Shown here piece after piece: positions 28,438-36,646 of a DNA stretch of 64,000 nucleotides (its first letter is position 1; every line of letters starts with the position of its first letter). The notes under the pieces were generated by a model. That model was not told the DNA's origin, made no database searches, and saw only the letters and a program-made list of their open reading frames with translations. The DNA is from Bacteroidota bacterium. Its GTDB lineage: Bacteria; Bacteroidota; Bacteroidia; Bacteroidales; JAAUTT01. Made by a program: the position numbers and the translations under genes. Where the stretch lies: NCBI GenBank assembly GCA_021779665.1, contig JAJYAG010000002.1:38974-102973 (forward strand). The letters are read 5' to 3'.

Positions 28438-30639
28438 ATGAAAAGACTTTTCTTTTTGCTCCCTTTTTTGTTGCTTGTGCAATTTACGTTTTCGCAGCAT
28501 GCTTTTGTGGCAGTGGTGAAGGATGCTGAAACACAGGAGCCTGTTACGGGAGTAAGTGTTATTATAAAGGAACTTAAAAGAGGCAGCGTTTCCGACAATG
28601 CAGGACGCGTTGAAATTGAAAATATTCCCGAGGGCAGATTTACAGCAGTGTTTTCGTTGATAGGATATGAAACCTTGGTTGTCCCGGTAAATATTCCCTG
28701 GAAGGCTGATAGTGTGCCTCAATTTTTTCTGGAAGCTGAAGCCGAAGAACTGGAAGAGGTGAAAGTTACAGCTACCCGAAGCAGCCGTGTGATCAACGAT
28801 ATTCCCACCCGGATCGAAACCATTTCTGCCGGTGAACTCGCCGAGAAAGCTACCATGCAATCGGCCAACATTAAAATGCTGCTTACCGAAAGCACGGGGA
28901 TTCAAACGCAGCAAACATCAGCCATATCGGGTAACACAAGCATCCGCATCCAGGGCCTCGACGGAAAATATACCCAGTTGCTGAAAGACGGATTTCCGCT
29001 TTATTCCGGTTTCTCGGGAGGTTTAAGCATTATGCAGATTCCTCCGCTCGATCTGAAACGTGCCGAGGTAATCAAGGGGTCGTCGTCGACACTCTACGGA
29101 GGTGGCGCTATTGCAGGACTTATAAACCTGGTTACCCGCGAACCGGGCGATGGAGACCGATTTGACTTTATGTTTAATACCTCAAGTGCAAGAGCGCTCG
29201 ATCTCAACACATTTTTTTCCCACAAATTCAAAAAAACCGGCATTTCAATTTTTGCGTCGCGCAATACCCAACAGGAATACGATCCCGACAACGACGGATT
29301 CTCTGATATGCCACGGAATGAGCTTTACAATTTCAACCCAAAATTTTACTATTATATCAATCAGGGAACAACACTATCATTCGGACTTAACACAAACATG
29401 GAAGACCGACTCGGGGGTGACATGAAAGTTATTAAACACGAGAACGATTTGCAGCACGTTTATTTTCAGCGGAATAAATCGAACCGGTATTCAACACAGC
29501 TTAAATTCGAAAAAACTTTCGAAAACAACCACGTGTTAACCATCAAAAACAGTGTGGCTTACTTCTCCCGGGCCATCACCATGCCCCTCTACGATTTCGG
29601 AGGAAAACAAACATCAGAATACTCCGAGATCAGTTATCTGGTTCCAGATGAGAAATCGGAATGGATTGGCGGAATAAACCACTGGATGGACAGATTCAAA
29701 GAAAAGAATTTATCATTTGAAAGTAAGCGCGATTACAGACAAACTACTGCCGGAGCCTTTGTGCAGAATAACTACAAAATGACCGAAGAACTGATTCTCG
29801 AAACCGGAGTAAGGGCCGATTATCTTAAACTTTCGTCGCCCGGCTTCAAAAGCAGGGATTATCTCTTTCTGCTGCCACGTTTATCATTCATGTATAAGTT
29901 TTCGCCCAATCTCACATCGCGGATTGGAGGCGGAATGGGATACAAAGCTCCCGGTATTTTTGCAGAAGAAGCAGAAACAGTTGGTTTTCGCAATGTATTA
30001 CCTATTGATATCACATTGGTTAAACCAGAGAAATCAGTAGGAGCTAACTTCGATGTAAATTATAAAACCATTCTTTTTGATAAAATAAGCCTGAGCGTCA
30101 ACCAAATGTTCTTTTTTACACGTATCAATCGTCCGGTGGTTGCCAATGAACTCATGCTGAGCCGCGATACTCTTAATTACGAAAATGTTAACGGATCCAT
30201 CCGGTCGCAAGGAATCGAAACCAATTTAAAACTCCGCTACGACGACCTCTCCATTTATTTTGGATATACATTTATCGATGCGGAAAGAAATTTCAATGGC
30301 ATCAGTTTCAGAAATCCGCTCACCGCCAAGCACAGGGTCTATTTCACGCCGATGTACGAGGTTGAAAATAAAATCCGTATTGGTTATGAAGTATTTTATA
30401 TCTCTCCGCAGCAGCTTACAACGGGCGAAAAGGTGCGTGGCTACTGGCTGATGGGTATTTCGGGCGAAAAATATTTCAGGTATTTCAGTGTGTTCTTAAA
30501 TTTCGAGAATATTCCCGACTCACGGCAATCGCGCTGGCAACCCATGTATAAAGGCAGTATTCAAAATCCTCAGTTTGCCGAGATCTGGGCTCCTACCGAG
30601 GGCTTTATTTTTAACGGAGGCTTCAGGATTTCATTGTAA
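28438..30639 (+). CDS. TonB-dependent outer-membrane receptor (no SusD partner)
   Basis: 733 aa with a signal peptide, a carboxypeptidase-regulatory-like domain (VVKDAETQEPVTGVSVII), a plug (EEVKVTATRSS...AEVIKGSSSTLYGGGAIAGLINLVT) and a barrel. Confidence 0.85.
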   Translation: MKRLFFLLPFLLLVQFTFSQHAFVAVVKDAETQEPVTGVSVIIKELKRGSVSDNAGRVEIENIPEGRFTAVFSLIGYETLVVPVNIPWKADSVPQFFLEAEAEELEEVKVTATRSSRVINDIPTRIETISAGELAEKATMQSANIKMLLTESTGIQTQQTSAISGNTSIRIQGLDGKYTQLLKDGFPLYSGFSGGLSIMQIPPLDLKRAEVIKGSSSTLYGGGAIAGLINLVTREPGDGDRFDFMFNTSSARALDLNTFFSHKFKKTGISIFASRNTQQEYDPDNDGFSDMPRNELYNFNPKFYYYINQGTTLSFGLNTNMEDRLGGDMKVIKHENDLQHVYFQRNKSNRYSTQLKFEKTFENNHVLTIKNSVAYFSRAITMPLYDFGGKQTSEYSEISYLVPDEKSEWIGGINHWMDRFKEKNLSFESKRDYRQTTAGAFVQNNYKMTEELILETGVRADYLKLSSPGFKSRDYLFLLPRLSFMYKFSPNLTSRIGGGMGYKAPGIFAEEAETVGFRNVLPIDITLVKPEKSVGANFDVNYKTILFDKISLSVNQMFFFTRINRPVVANELMLSRDTLNYENVNGSIRSQGIETNLKLRYDDLSIYFGYTFIDAERNFNGISFRNPLTAKHRVYFTPMYEVENKIRIGYEVFYISPQQLTTGEKVRGYWLMGISGEKYFRYFSVFLNFENIPDSRQSRWQPMYKGSIQNPQFAEIWAPTEGFIFNGGFRISL

Positions 30640-30662
30640 AGGTTGGATTAGCAAAAATTCAG

Positions 30663-30697
30663 AAAACAAAATGAACATTCCCGCTTCATTTTGTTTT
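30663..30697 (+). terminator. Hairpin terminator after the TonB-dependent receptor
   Basis: A perfect 13-bp AT-rich stem, AAAACAAAATGAA / TTCATTTTGTTTT, with a 9-nt loop. It overlaps the TTG start (30691) used by the ORF track for the next gene. Confidence 0.55.
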
Positions 30698-30720
30698 TAG
30701 CTGATATAAATATTTCACTT

Positions 30721-31545
30721 GTGGAAGTAAAAATTTACATACCACATAAGGCTTTGCAGGAATATGTCTTCAATATTTCAACGGTAAGCGCTATATTGCC
30801 GGAGGGAATAAAAGATGTTGTTACGCCATATCCTCCTACTCCGTTTCAATCAATCATATTTTACTGTAATAACCCGGTATCGATGGGGAAAACCGAAAGT
30901 ATTTTTAACAGGCAACCACGCACTGTTGTAATTGGTCCCCAGTATTCACGTGTCAATATTAAAGTTCACAGGGAATTAAATGCCATTCGGGTGGACTTTC
31001 TCCCAGGAGGCTTGTACAGAATTTTGGGTATTCCCATGCATAATTTGCTTGATGGCGGGTTTGATGCTCTTGATTTATTTGGCACTGAGATGAAGCGTAT
31101 TGATGAAGAATTGCAAAATATATCTAACCTTGAGGAAGGCAAAGTTATCGTTGAAAACTTTTTATTAACCAAGGTAACAAAACTAAGGGGAATATTGCCT
31201 TTTGATAACGCCATGCGAATTCTACTGAATTGTAATGGCAATATGGCTATTGAGAAAACTGCATCGATTTCGTGCCTGAGCATAAAACAATTTGAAAGAA
31301 AGTGTCACGAAAGACTTGGAATGAACCCTAAACTATATGCTCGTATCCTCAGATTTTCAAAAGCATACCGGCTTCATGAAGCTTATCCTGAACAGAGCTG
31401 GATAAAAATTGCTTATCAGGCCGGCTATTACGACCAAATGCACATGATTAAGGATTTCAGACTTTTTGCAGGAGTTAATCCTTCTATAATCGAACAGCAA
31501 CTTCTTTCCACACCTCTGCGGATGCAGAGAGATCTGAGCCGTTAA
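30721..31545 (+). CDS. AraC-family transcriptional regulator
   Basis: C-terminal HTH_18-type region (IAYQAGYYDQMHMIKDFRLFAGVNPS). The start was moved to GTG 30721 because 30691 lies inside the upstream terminator stem. The start remains uncertain. Confidence 0.75.
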   Translation: MEVKIYIPHKALQEYVFNISTVSAILPEGIKDVVTPYPPTPFQSIIFYCNNPVSMGKTESIFNRQPRTVVIGPQYSRVNIKVHRELNAIRVDFLPGGLYRILGIPMHNLLDGGFDALDLFGTEMKRIDEELQNISNLEEGKVIVENFLLTKVTKLRGILPFDNAMRILLNCNGNMAIEKTASISCLSIKQFERKCHERLGMNPKLYARILRFSKAYRLHEAYPEQSWIKIAYQAGYYDQMHMIKDFRLFAGVNPSIIEQQLLSTPLRMQRDLSR

Positions 31546-31694
31546 GTGATCCAGCCGCCAGCTGTTTCCAATTATATCTCTAAACTATCCATAAATCCAA
31601 CAATGCTAAAGTTGTCTATTTTATACTATGTTTTAGGCTGGTGTTCAGCATAACTTTGCTGAAAATCAAACCTGTTAAACTTAAAACATACAAT

Positions 31695-32603
31695 ATGAAA
31701 ACGACAATTACCATGATCCTGTCCTGTTTGCTCTGCAATAGTTTCTTTGCACAGGAAAAGCCTGCGACAGCAGCATTTCCGTTAGAAGAGTTAAAAGGGT
31801 ATTCACAAACCTACTATTATAGTCCCGGGCATAGGGAGAGAGCTCGAACTATAGCCGTTTTGATGGAAAATGCAGGCATCTTTTTTCAGCACGAAATTGG
31901 ATTTACTCCCAAAACCATACTTTATATTCTTGCACCTCAACACTGGAAAAATTTTGCAGCAAAACCCCTAGCAGAAGTATATGGCTTCCCTCACAATATT
32001 GACGATGTCCATCTTGCCATAGCGGCTGAAGACAATGATTTCTGGCGCAGCTTTTTACCGCCTGTGGATCAACTTCCATCAGCAATGGCAGCGCTGGTTA
32101 AAAAAGCCTATGGAAAACCCGACGGTAGTTACAGTATGATGCCCTTCTTTGATTTACTTGCCCTGCATGAAATGGGTCATTCTTATACATCACAGGCGGG
32201 CCTCAAAATGCACCGTTATTGGATGAGTGAGTTATTTGTAAACATAATGCTGCATACTTACGTAGCCGAAAAACAACCGGAACTGCTTACAGCACTGGAA
32301 ACCTTTCCACGCATGGTAGTTGAAGGGGGTTCGGATGAATTTAAATTCACCAGTTTGGAAGATTTTGAAAAACTTTATGTAACCATGGGCATGGGACCCA
32401 AAAATTATGGCTGGTATCAAAGTAAATTGCATTCCGCAGCAAGAGATATTTACAATGATGGAGGCAAAACCGTATTAAGAAAATTGTGGCTGGCAATGAA
32501 AAACCACCAGGAAAATTTATCAGATGAAGAATTTGCCAGTATGCTGCAAAAAGAAGTACATCCTTCAGTTGCGAATGTTTATTTAAACTGGGGAAAAAAT
32601 TAG
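31695..32603 (+). CDS. Secreted hypothetical protein with HEXXH zinc-peptidase motif
   Basis: Signal peptide MKTTITMILSCLLCNSFFAQ (start moved to ATG 31695). Contains LLALHEMGHSY. No family recognised. Confidence 0.5.
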   Translation: MKTTITMILSCLLCNSFFAQEKPATAAFPLEELKGYSQTYYYSPGHRERARTIAVLMENAGIFFQHEIGFTPKTILYILAPQHWKNFAAKPLAEVYGFPHNIDDVHLAIAAEDNDFWRSFLPPVDQLPSAMAALVKKAYGKPDGSYSMMPFFDLLALHEMGHSYTSQAGLKMHRYWMSELFVNIMLHTYVAEKQPELLTALETFPRMVVEGGSDEFKFTSLEDFEKLYVTMGMGPKNYGWYQSKLHSAARDIYNDGGKTVLRKLWLAMKNHQENLSDEEFASMLQKEVHPSVANVYLNWGKN

Positions 32604-32744
32604 TGATGTTGTCGTAAGAAAAATTGTCCGCACCAATTGAAATTGGATAATTTATCTTTAAAGTAAAATTGAAGAGATGAAAACTCAGCCCGATTCATTT
32701 TTTTCATAAATTTCCATCATCCAATTATCAACAAAACATTTTCA

Positions 32745-34325
32745 ATGCGACATTATCTGATACTTATCTTTTTGTCCTGCTTCACCACGCTGTTTGCAGG
32801 AAGAGGAACCATCAACTTTGTTGAAACTACTGTCGATCTTAAATCCAATGGCGAAGCTACTGTCGCCTACACAGTTCAGTACCATATTACTGAAGCAGAG
32901 TTCCATGGATTTTATTTCCAGGGAAATGATCGCCTGCCTGTTTATGGTTTTTACGACGAATCGTATGCTTTGGATGATGCCGGGAATAAATACAAGCTCA
33001 GTTTTTCGGACATGGGCGGCGGAATGTGGGATATTGTCCTTGCCGACGGCGCTGGTGTAGCTTCTGGCAATTTAACATACGTGTTTTATTTCACTACAAA
33101 CTTCAATGTAGCCGAATACCTTGTAAACACACGAACCAACGATGGCCGCAATCTGGTTGTTTTCAACTGGTCGCCGGTTGAATGGGACGAAGCCGGTAAC
33201 ATGGACCATTATACCCTCAAAGTGGTAATTCCTTACCAGGTGCCTGCCGGTGTTGGTGTACTTCGCGATCATTTTATGGGGAATAATATTATCCAGACGG
33301 AAAAATTTGTAAACGAAAAATTCAAAATCGATTACCAGCAGAGCCCGCGTGGAAACCTCATGATGGTTTTTCATAAAAATAACCCCGGAAACCGCTTCAG
33401 CATGCGTACGCAGTTCTATATGCCAGCTGAATGGTTTAGACTCTCCTCTTCGGAGCTTTACGAAAAGGATGGAACTAAAACAAGTGATCTACTGAAGGAC
33501 AAAAAGACTTTGCTGGCGGGAATTTTTCTTCTATTCGCCATCTTCTTCTTTATCGTAATGCGCAAACACCGCTCCATGATAAAAGCCAAAGAAGGATTGG
33601 ATGAAGTGAACTGGGACAAACTTGATTGGACACCGCCAAAACTGAACCTGGCAACTTACCATATTCCCGGAAAAGTATGCAAGGACCTTGTTCCGCTTGA
33701 AGCTGCCTTTTACCTCGAAATTCCTTTCAAAAGTATCCTGAGCGGAATGGTTGCTGCGATGGAACGGGAAGGACTGCTGGAAGTTATCAGCCGTTCACCG
33801 TTGAAGGTAAAAGTTAACAGATCGCCCGCTGTTAATAATCTCGGCGATTACGAGTCGGCTCTCTTTTATGCATTGATGGACGATGGCGAATTCTCGCAGC
33901 AGGAGCTGGAAGATATGATGCAGAAAATTGTGCGAAATATTCAGAAAAAAGCCTGGGATTGCGACATTGAAGCTACAAAAGCTTATTACCGGTCACAGAT
34001 GGACGAGTGGCAAAATCAGAATATTCCTGAAGAAAGGCGAGCCCAATACATGAACGATAATCGCGACTGGCTTTGGTATCACTGGTATTATAGCCGCACT
34101 CCATATTACAACTATTCCTACCACGACCGGAACCCACACGAGTACGAATACGATATTCCGGTGAATACTGATCATTTGCGTGCTCCATCGCTCGATGTGA
34201 TCAACAACATCAATGTTTGTCACGATGCTTGTCACTCTGCGTGCCATTCGGCTTGTCACTCAGCATGCCACTCTGCCTGCCATTCAGCTTGTCACTCGGC
34301 TTGCGTTAGCGGAGGATCGCACTAA
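32745..34325 (+). CDS. DUF2207-like single-pass membrane protein with C-terminal Cys-every-4th repeat tail CHDA(CHSA)6CVSGGSH
   Basis: 526 aa. N-terminal signal/anchor MRHYLILIFLSCFTTLFAG. Internal TM LLAGIFLLFAIFFFIVM followed by RKHRSMIKAK. PLEAAFYLE...GMVAAMEREGLLEV resembles the DUF2207 post-TM segment (from memory). An aromatic-rich stretch DWLWYHWYYSRTPYYNYSYH precedes the repeat. The stop overlaps the next start. Confidence 0.8.
   Translation: MRHYLILIFLSCFTTLFAGRGTINFVETTVDLKSNGEATVAYTVQYHITEAEFHGFYFQGNDRLPVYGFYDESYALDDAGNKYKLSFSDMGGGMWDIVLADGAGVASGNLTYVFYFTTNFNVAEYLVNTRTNDGRNLVVFNWSPVEWDEAGNMDHYTLKVVIPYQVPAGVGVLRDHFMGNNIIQTEKFVNEKFKIDYQQSPRGNLMMVFHKNNPGNRFSMRTQFYMPAEWFRLSSSELYEKDGTKTSDLLKDKKTLLAGIFLLFAIFFFIVMRKHRSMIKAKEGLDEVNWDKLDWTPPKLNLATYHIPGKVCKDLVPLEAAFYLEIPFKSILSGMVAAMEREGLLEVISRSPLKVKVNRSPAVNNLGDYESALFYALMDDGEFSQQELEDMMQKIVRNIQKKAWDCDIEATKAYYRSQMDEWQNQNIPEERRAQYMNDNRDWLWYHWYYSRTPYYNYSYHDRNPHEYEYDIPVNTDHLRAPSLDVINNINVCHDACHSACHSACHSACHSACHSACHSACVSGGSH
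34218..34304 (+). repeat. In-frame 12-nt (4-codon) tandem repeat placing 8 Cys at exact i+4 spacing (residues 492-520)
   Basis: TGT CAC GAT GCT, then six CHSA units: TGT CAC TCT GCG / TGC CAT TCG GCT / TGT CAC TCA GCA / TGC CAC TCT GCC / TGC CAT TCA GCT / TGT CAC TCG GCT, then TGC. No two units share the same nucleotide sequence. Confidence 0.95.
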
Positions 34326-35653
34326 TGGAAACCAGTTTTCATAAACTTGCCTGGATTGATGAATTTATCACGAAAGTCCGCCCGTACATTTTTGTGCGGA
34401 CTGAAGACAATATCCTGATTAAACGGCCCAACCAGGCAACACAGATAAACGCCACAGGAGCCAGAGTGCTGAAATTTCTTTTAAACGGAGGCACCATCAG
34501 CGAACTTCTGGAAAAAACAGGCACCGATAAAGCTGAGGAAATTGAGACATTCCTTGTAGCCGTAAAAAGCTTCCTTGAAGGCAAACTCGACGAATTCAGC
34601 TTAAACCCGGCCGTGGAGAAAACACTGTTTACAACAGGTTTCAGCAAACTACCTGTGCTTTCGGAGCTTGCCCTCACCTACGACTGCAACCTGAAATGCC
34701 GGTTTTGCTATGCCGGGTGTAATTGCACTGCCAATCCCGCCGGAACGGATAAGGAAATGAGTCAGCGCGACTTTAAAGCCACTATTAAAACTATTTACGA
34801 GGAAGCTAAAGTCCCCTCCATCAGCTTTACAGGCGGTGAGCCAACACTTCGGCCCGAATTGCTGCTGGAATGTATCGCATACGCCCGTGAACTGGGAATG
34901 CGGGTCAACCTGATCTCGAACGGTACGCGCATTAATCAGAAATTTGCTGAGAAAATGAAAGCAGCAGGGCTGGACTCTGTGCAAATCAGCATTGAAGGCG
35001 TTACTGCCGAAACGCACGATAAAATAGTTCAGTCGCCTGGCGCATTTGCGAAAAGCACCAACACTGTAAAAATCTTCAAAGAATTGGGCATTCATGTTCA
35101 TACCAACACCACCTTAAACCGGCTGAATGCTGAAGAATGTCCGATGTTACCGGAGTTCGTAAAGAACACGCTTCAACTGGAGCGTTTCAGCATGAACCTG
35201 ATTATACCAGCTGGCAGCGGCGTTGTAAATTCCGAACTTGTAATTCCCTACAGCGAAGTTGGCGAAATAGTTCTCAGCATTCAAAAGGAAAGCAAAAAGC
35301 ACGGGGTTGAATTTATGTGGTACTCTCCCATCCCTATGTGTATGTTCAATACCATCACCAACGAATTGGGTAATAAAGGATGCGCAGCATGTGACGGTCT
35401 GGTTTCCGTGGCACCCAATGGCGATGTTCTGCCTTGTGCATCGTACGATCAACCGGTGGGAAACCTTCGGAAAAATACCTTCCCGAAAATCTGGAAAGGA
35501 GCAGAAGCTACATTTTTCCGCAATAAAAAATTTGCACACGAAATCTGCCTGCAGTGCGACAGCTTTGCCGTTTGCAACGGAGCCTGTCCGCTTTATTGGC
35601 GAAACACAGGATACGACGAATTATTAAAAATACATCAATACCAGGCATTATGA
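34325..35653 (+). CDS. Radical SAM / SPASM-domain peptide-modifying enzyme with N-terminal PqqD-like (RRE) domain
   Basis: 442 aa. CNLKCRFC (C121, C125, C128; nt 34685-34708). GGEPTL SAM-binding motif. SPASM signature C356-x9-G-x4-C371 and C408-x2-C-x5-C-x3-C421. The roughly 100 aa before the radical-SAM core (IFVRTEDNILIKRPNQATQINATGARVLKFLLNGGTISELLEKTG...) look like a PqqD-type winged helix. Confidence 0.9.
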   Translation: METSFHKLAWIDEFITKVRPYIFVRTEDNILIKRPNQATQINATGARVLKFLLNGGTISELLEKTGTDKAEEIETFLVAVKSFLEGKLDEFSLNPAVEKTLFTTGFSKLPVLSELALTYDCNLKCRFCYAGCNCTANPAGTDKEMSQRDFKATIKTIYEEAKVPSISFTGGEPTLRPELLLECIAYARELGMRVNLISNGTRINQKFAEKMKAAGLDSVQISIEGVTAETHDKIVQSPGAFAKSTNTVKIFKELGIHVHTNTTLNRLNAEECPMLPEFVKNTLQLERFSMNLIIPAGSGVVNSELVIPYSEVGEIVLSIQKESKKHGVEFMWYSPIPMCMFNTITNELGNKGCAACDGLVSVAPNGDVLPCASYDQPVGNLRKNTFPKIWKGAEATFFRNKKFAHEICLQCDSFAVCNGACPLYWRNTGYDELLKIHQYQAL

Positions 35654-36597
35654 GCAGTTTATTGTTAACCAAAAGTGAACAGGGAACCATTGTTTTCCAT
35701 ATCTGGAAAAACATCAACTATGGTATCAGGCTTTTTTTGAGTTTCATTTTAATACTGGGAGGAATTGCACTTCAGTATTATGCAATGAACGTATTCCCGG
35801 GCATTATGCTTGTTTTTGCAGGAAACTTGCTGCTGCTTGTAAAAGGATATGATAATCGCATTAAACTGGGCATTTTTGAACATACAACCGAATGGGTGGC
35901 AACTGATCAGGAGCACCTGAAAAAGATTGTAGAACTGAATAAAAAAGTGCGTAAATGGGATATCAGCGCCTGGGATATTACCAGCGGATTGGGAGGATTT
36001 CTTTTCTTTTTGCTCTTGGTTGCCGTGCTGGTAATTATTGCAGTTAACCCTTTTCATACTTATAATCCTTTAATCATTCTGGCCGCGAATATTTTAGTGC
36101 TTTTAGTTCCTCACTGGGTCACGGGAGTGCGCCGCATCACAACAGCGCCGGCACTTGTCAATAAAATCAATGTCTATCAGAATCTAACGGGTCTATTCAT
36201 GGATAAGATAAAGGAAGACAACGTGAGCTTCCTGATGCTCCTGAAAGGCAAGGACAAAAAAATGCCTGCCGACGTAAAGATGAAAATCAAATTCAAAAAC
36301 CAAACTGAAAACTTTTTGGGGATGTACGCACAAATCTCGGTAAACAATGTGCAAGGAAAGGATTACCCGTATTTTTATGTGGTATTGGTGGCCAAAGAAA
36401 GCTCCGGCTTAATAAGCTCAAAATTGAAAAACCTCCCCATGCCCCGGAATGTTATTTCGGAGTTCAGTCGCGAGAACGATGCTGAAATTCTTGTCATCCG
36501 CCAGTATACCACCAATAAAAGCGGCTATTTTACAAACGGCGATGCCATTGAGGTAATATTCGAGACGGGATTGAATGCAGGGAGGAAGTTGTTTTAA
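35650..36597 (+). CDS. Uncharacterised 4-TM membrane protein, translationally coupled to the radical SAM gene
   Basis: ATG 35650 overlaps the radical-SAM stop (ATGA); the upstream part of the ORF-track ORF (35554) lies inside the radical-SAM gene. Predicted helices: IRLFLSFILILGGIALQYYA, FPGIMLVFAGNLLLLV, GLGGFLFFLLLVAVLVIIAV and LIILAANILVLLVPHWV. A soluble tail of about 150 aa follows. Confidence 0.7.
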   Translation: MSSLLLTKSEQGTIVFHIWKNINYGIRLFLSFILILGGIALQYYAMNVFPGIMLVFAGNLLLLVKGYDNRIKLGIFEHTTEWVATDQEHLKKIVELNKKVRKWDISAWDITSGLGGFLFFLLLVAVLVIIAVNPFHTYNPLIILAANILVLLVPHWVTGVRRITTAPALVNKINVYQNLTGLFMDKIKEDNVSFLMLLKGKDKKMPADVKMKIKFKNQTENFLGMYAQISVNNVQGKDYPYFYVVLVAKESSGLISSKLKNLPMPRNVISEFSRENDAEILVIRQYTTNKSGYFTNGDAIEVIFETGLNAGRKLF

Positions 36598-36646
36598 AGA
36601 ATTGAAAAAACCTAAGCAATTTTGAATATCCTAAAAATAAACTAAT

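Noticed and set aside
33993-34259. 88-aa minus-strand ORF overlapping the Cys-repeat region (also 33973-34188).
   Set aside because: It is antisense to a well-supported coding frame. Its openness is a by-product of the GC-rich repeated codons.
34218-34325. Identifying the tail as a His-Xaa-Ser (HxsA/HxsB/HxsC) system.
   Set aside because: The repeat is C-H-S-A with Cys periodicity of 4. There are no H-x-S triplets, and there is only one radical SAM gene, not the HxsB/HxsC pair.
35554-35649. Upstream extension of the 4-TM protein ORF (MRQLCRLQRSLSALLAKHRIRR...).
   Set aside because: It overlaps the SPASM-domain end of the radical SAM gene in another frame. ATG 35650 gives the ATGA stop/start overlap and a sensible N-terminus.
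34325-35653. The radical SAM/SPASM protein as an anaerobic sulfatase-maturating enzyme (anSME).
   Set aside because: anSMEs carry the CX3CX2C motif near the N-terminus and lack an RRE-like domain. No sulfatase gene or C/S-x-P/A-x-R target motif is nearby.
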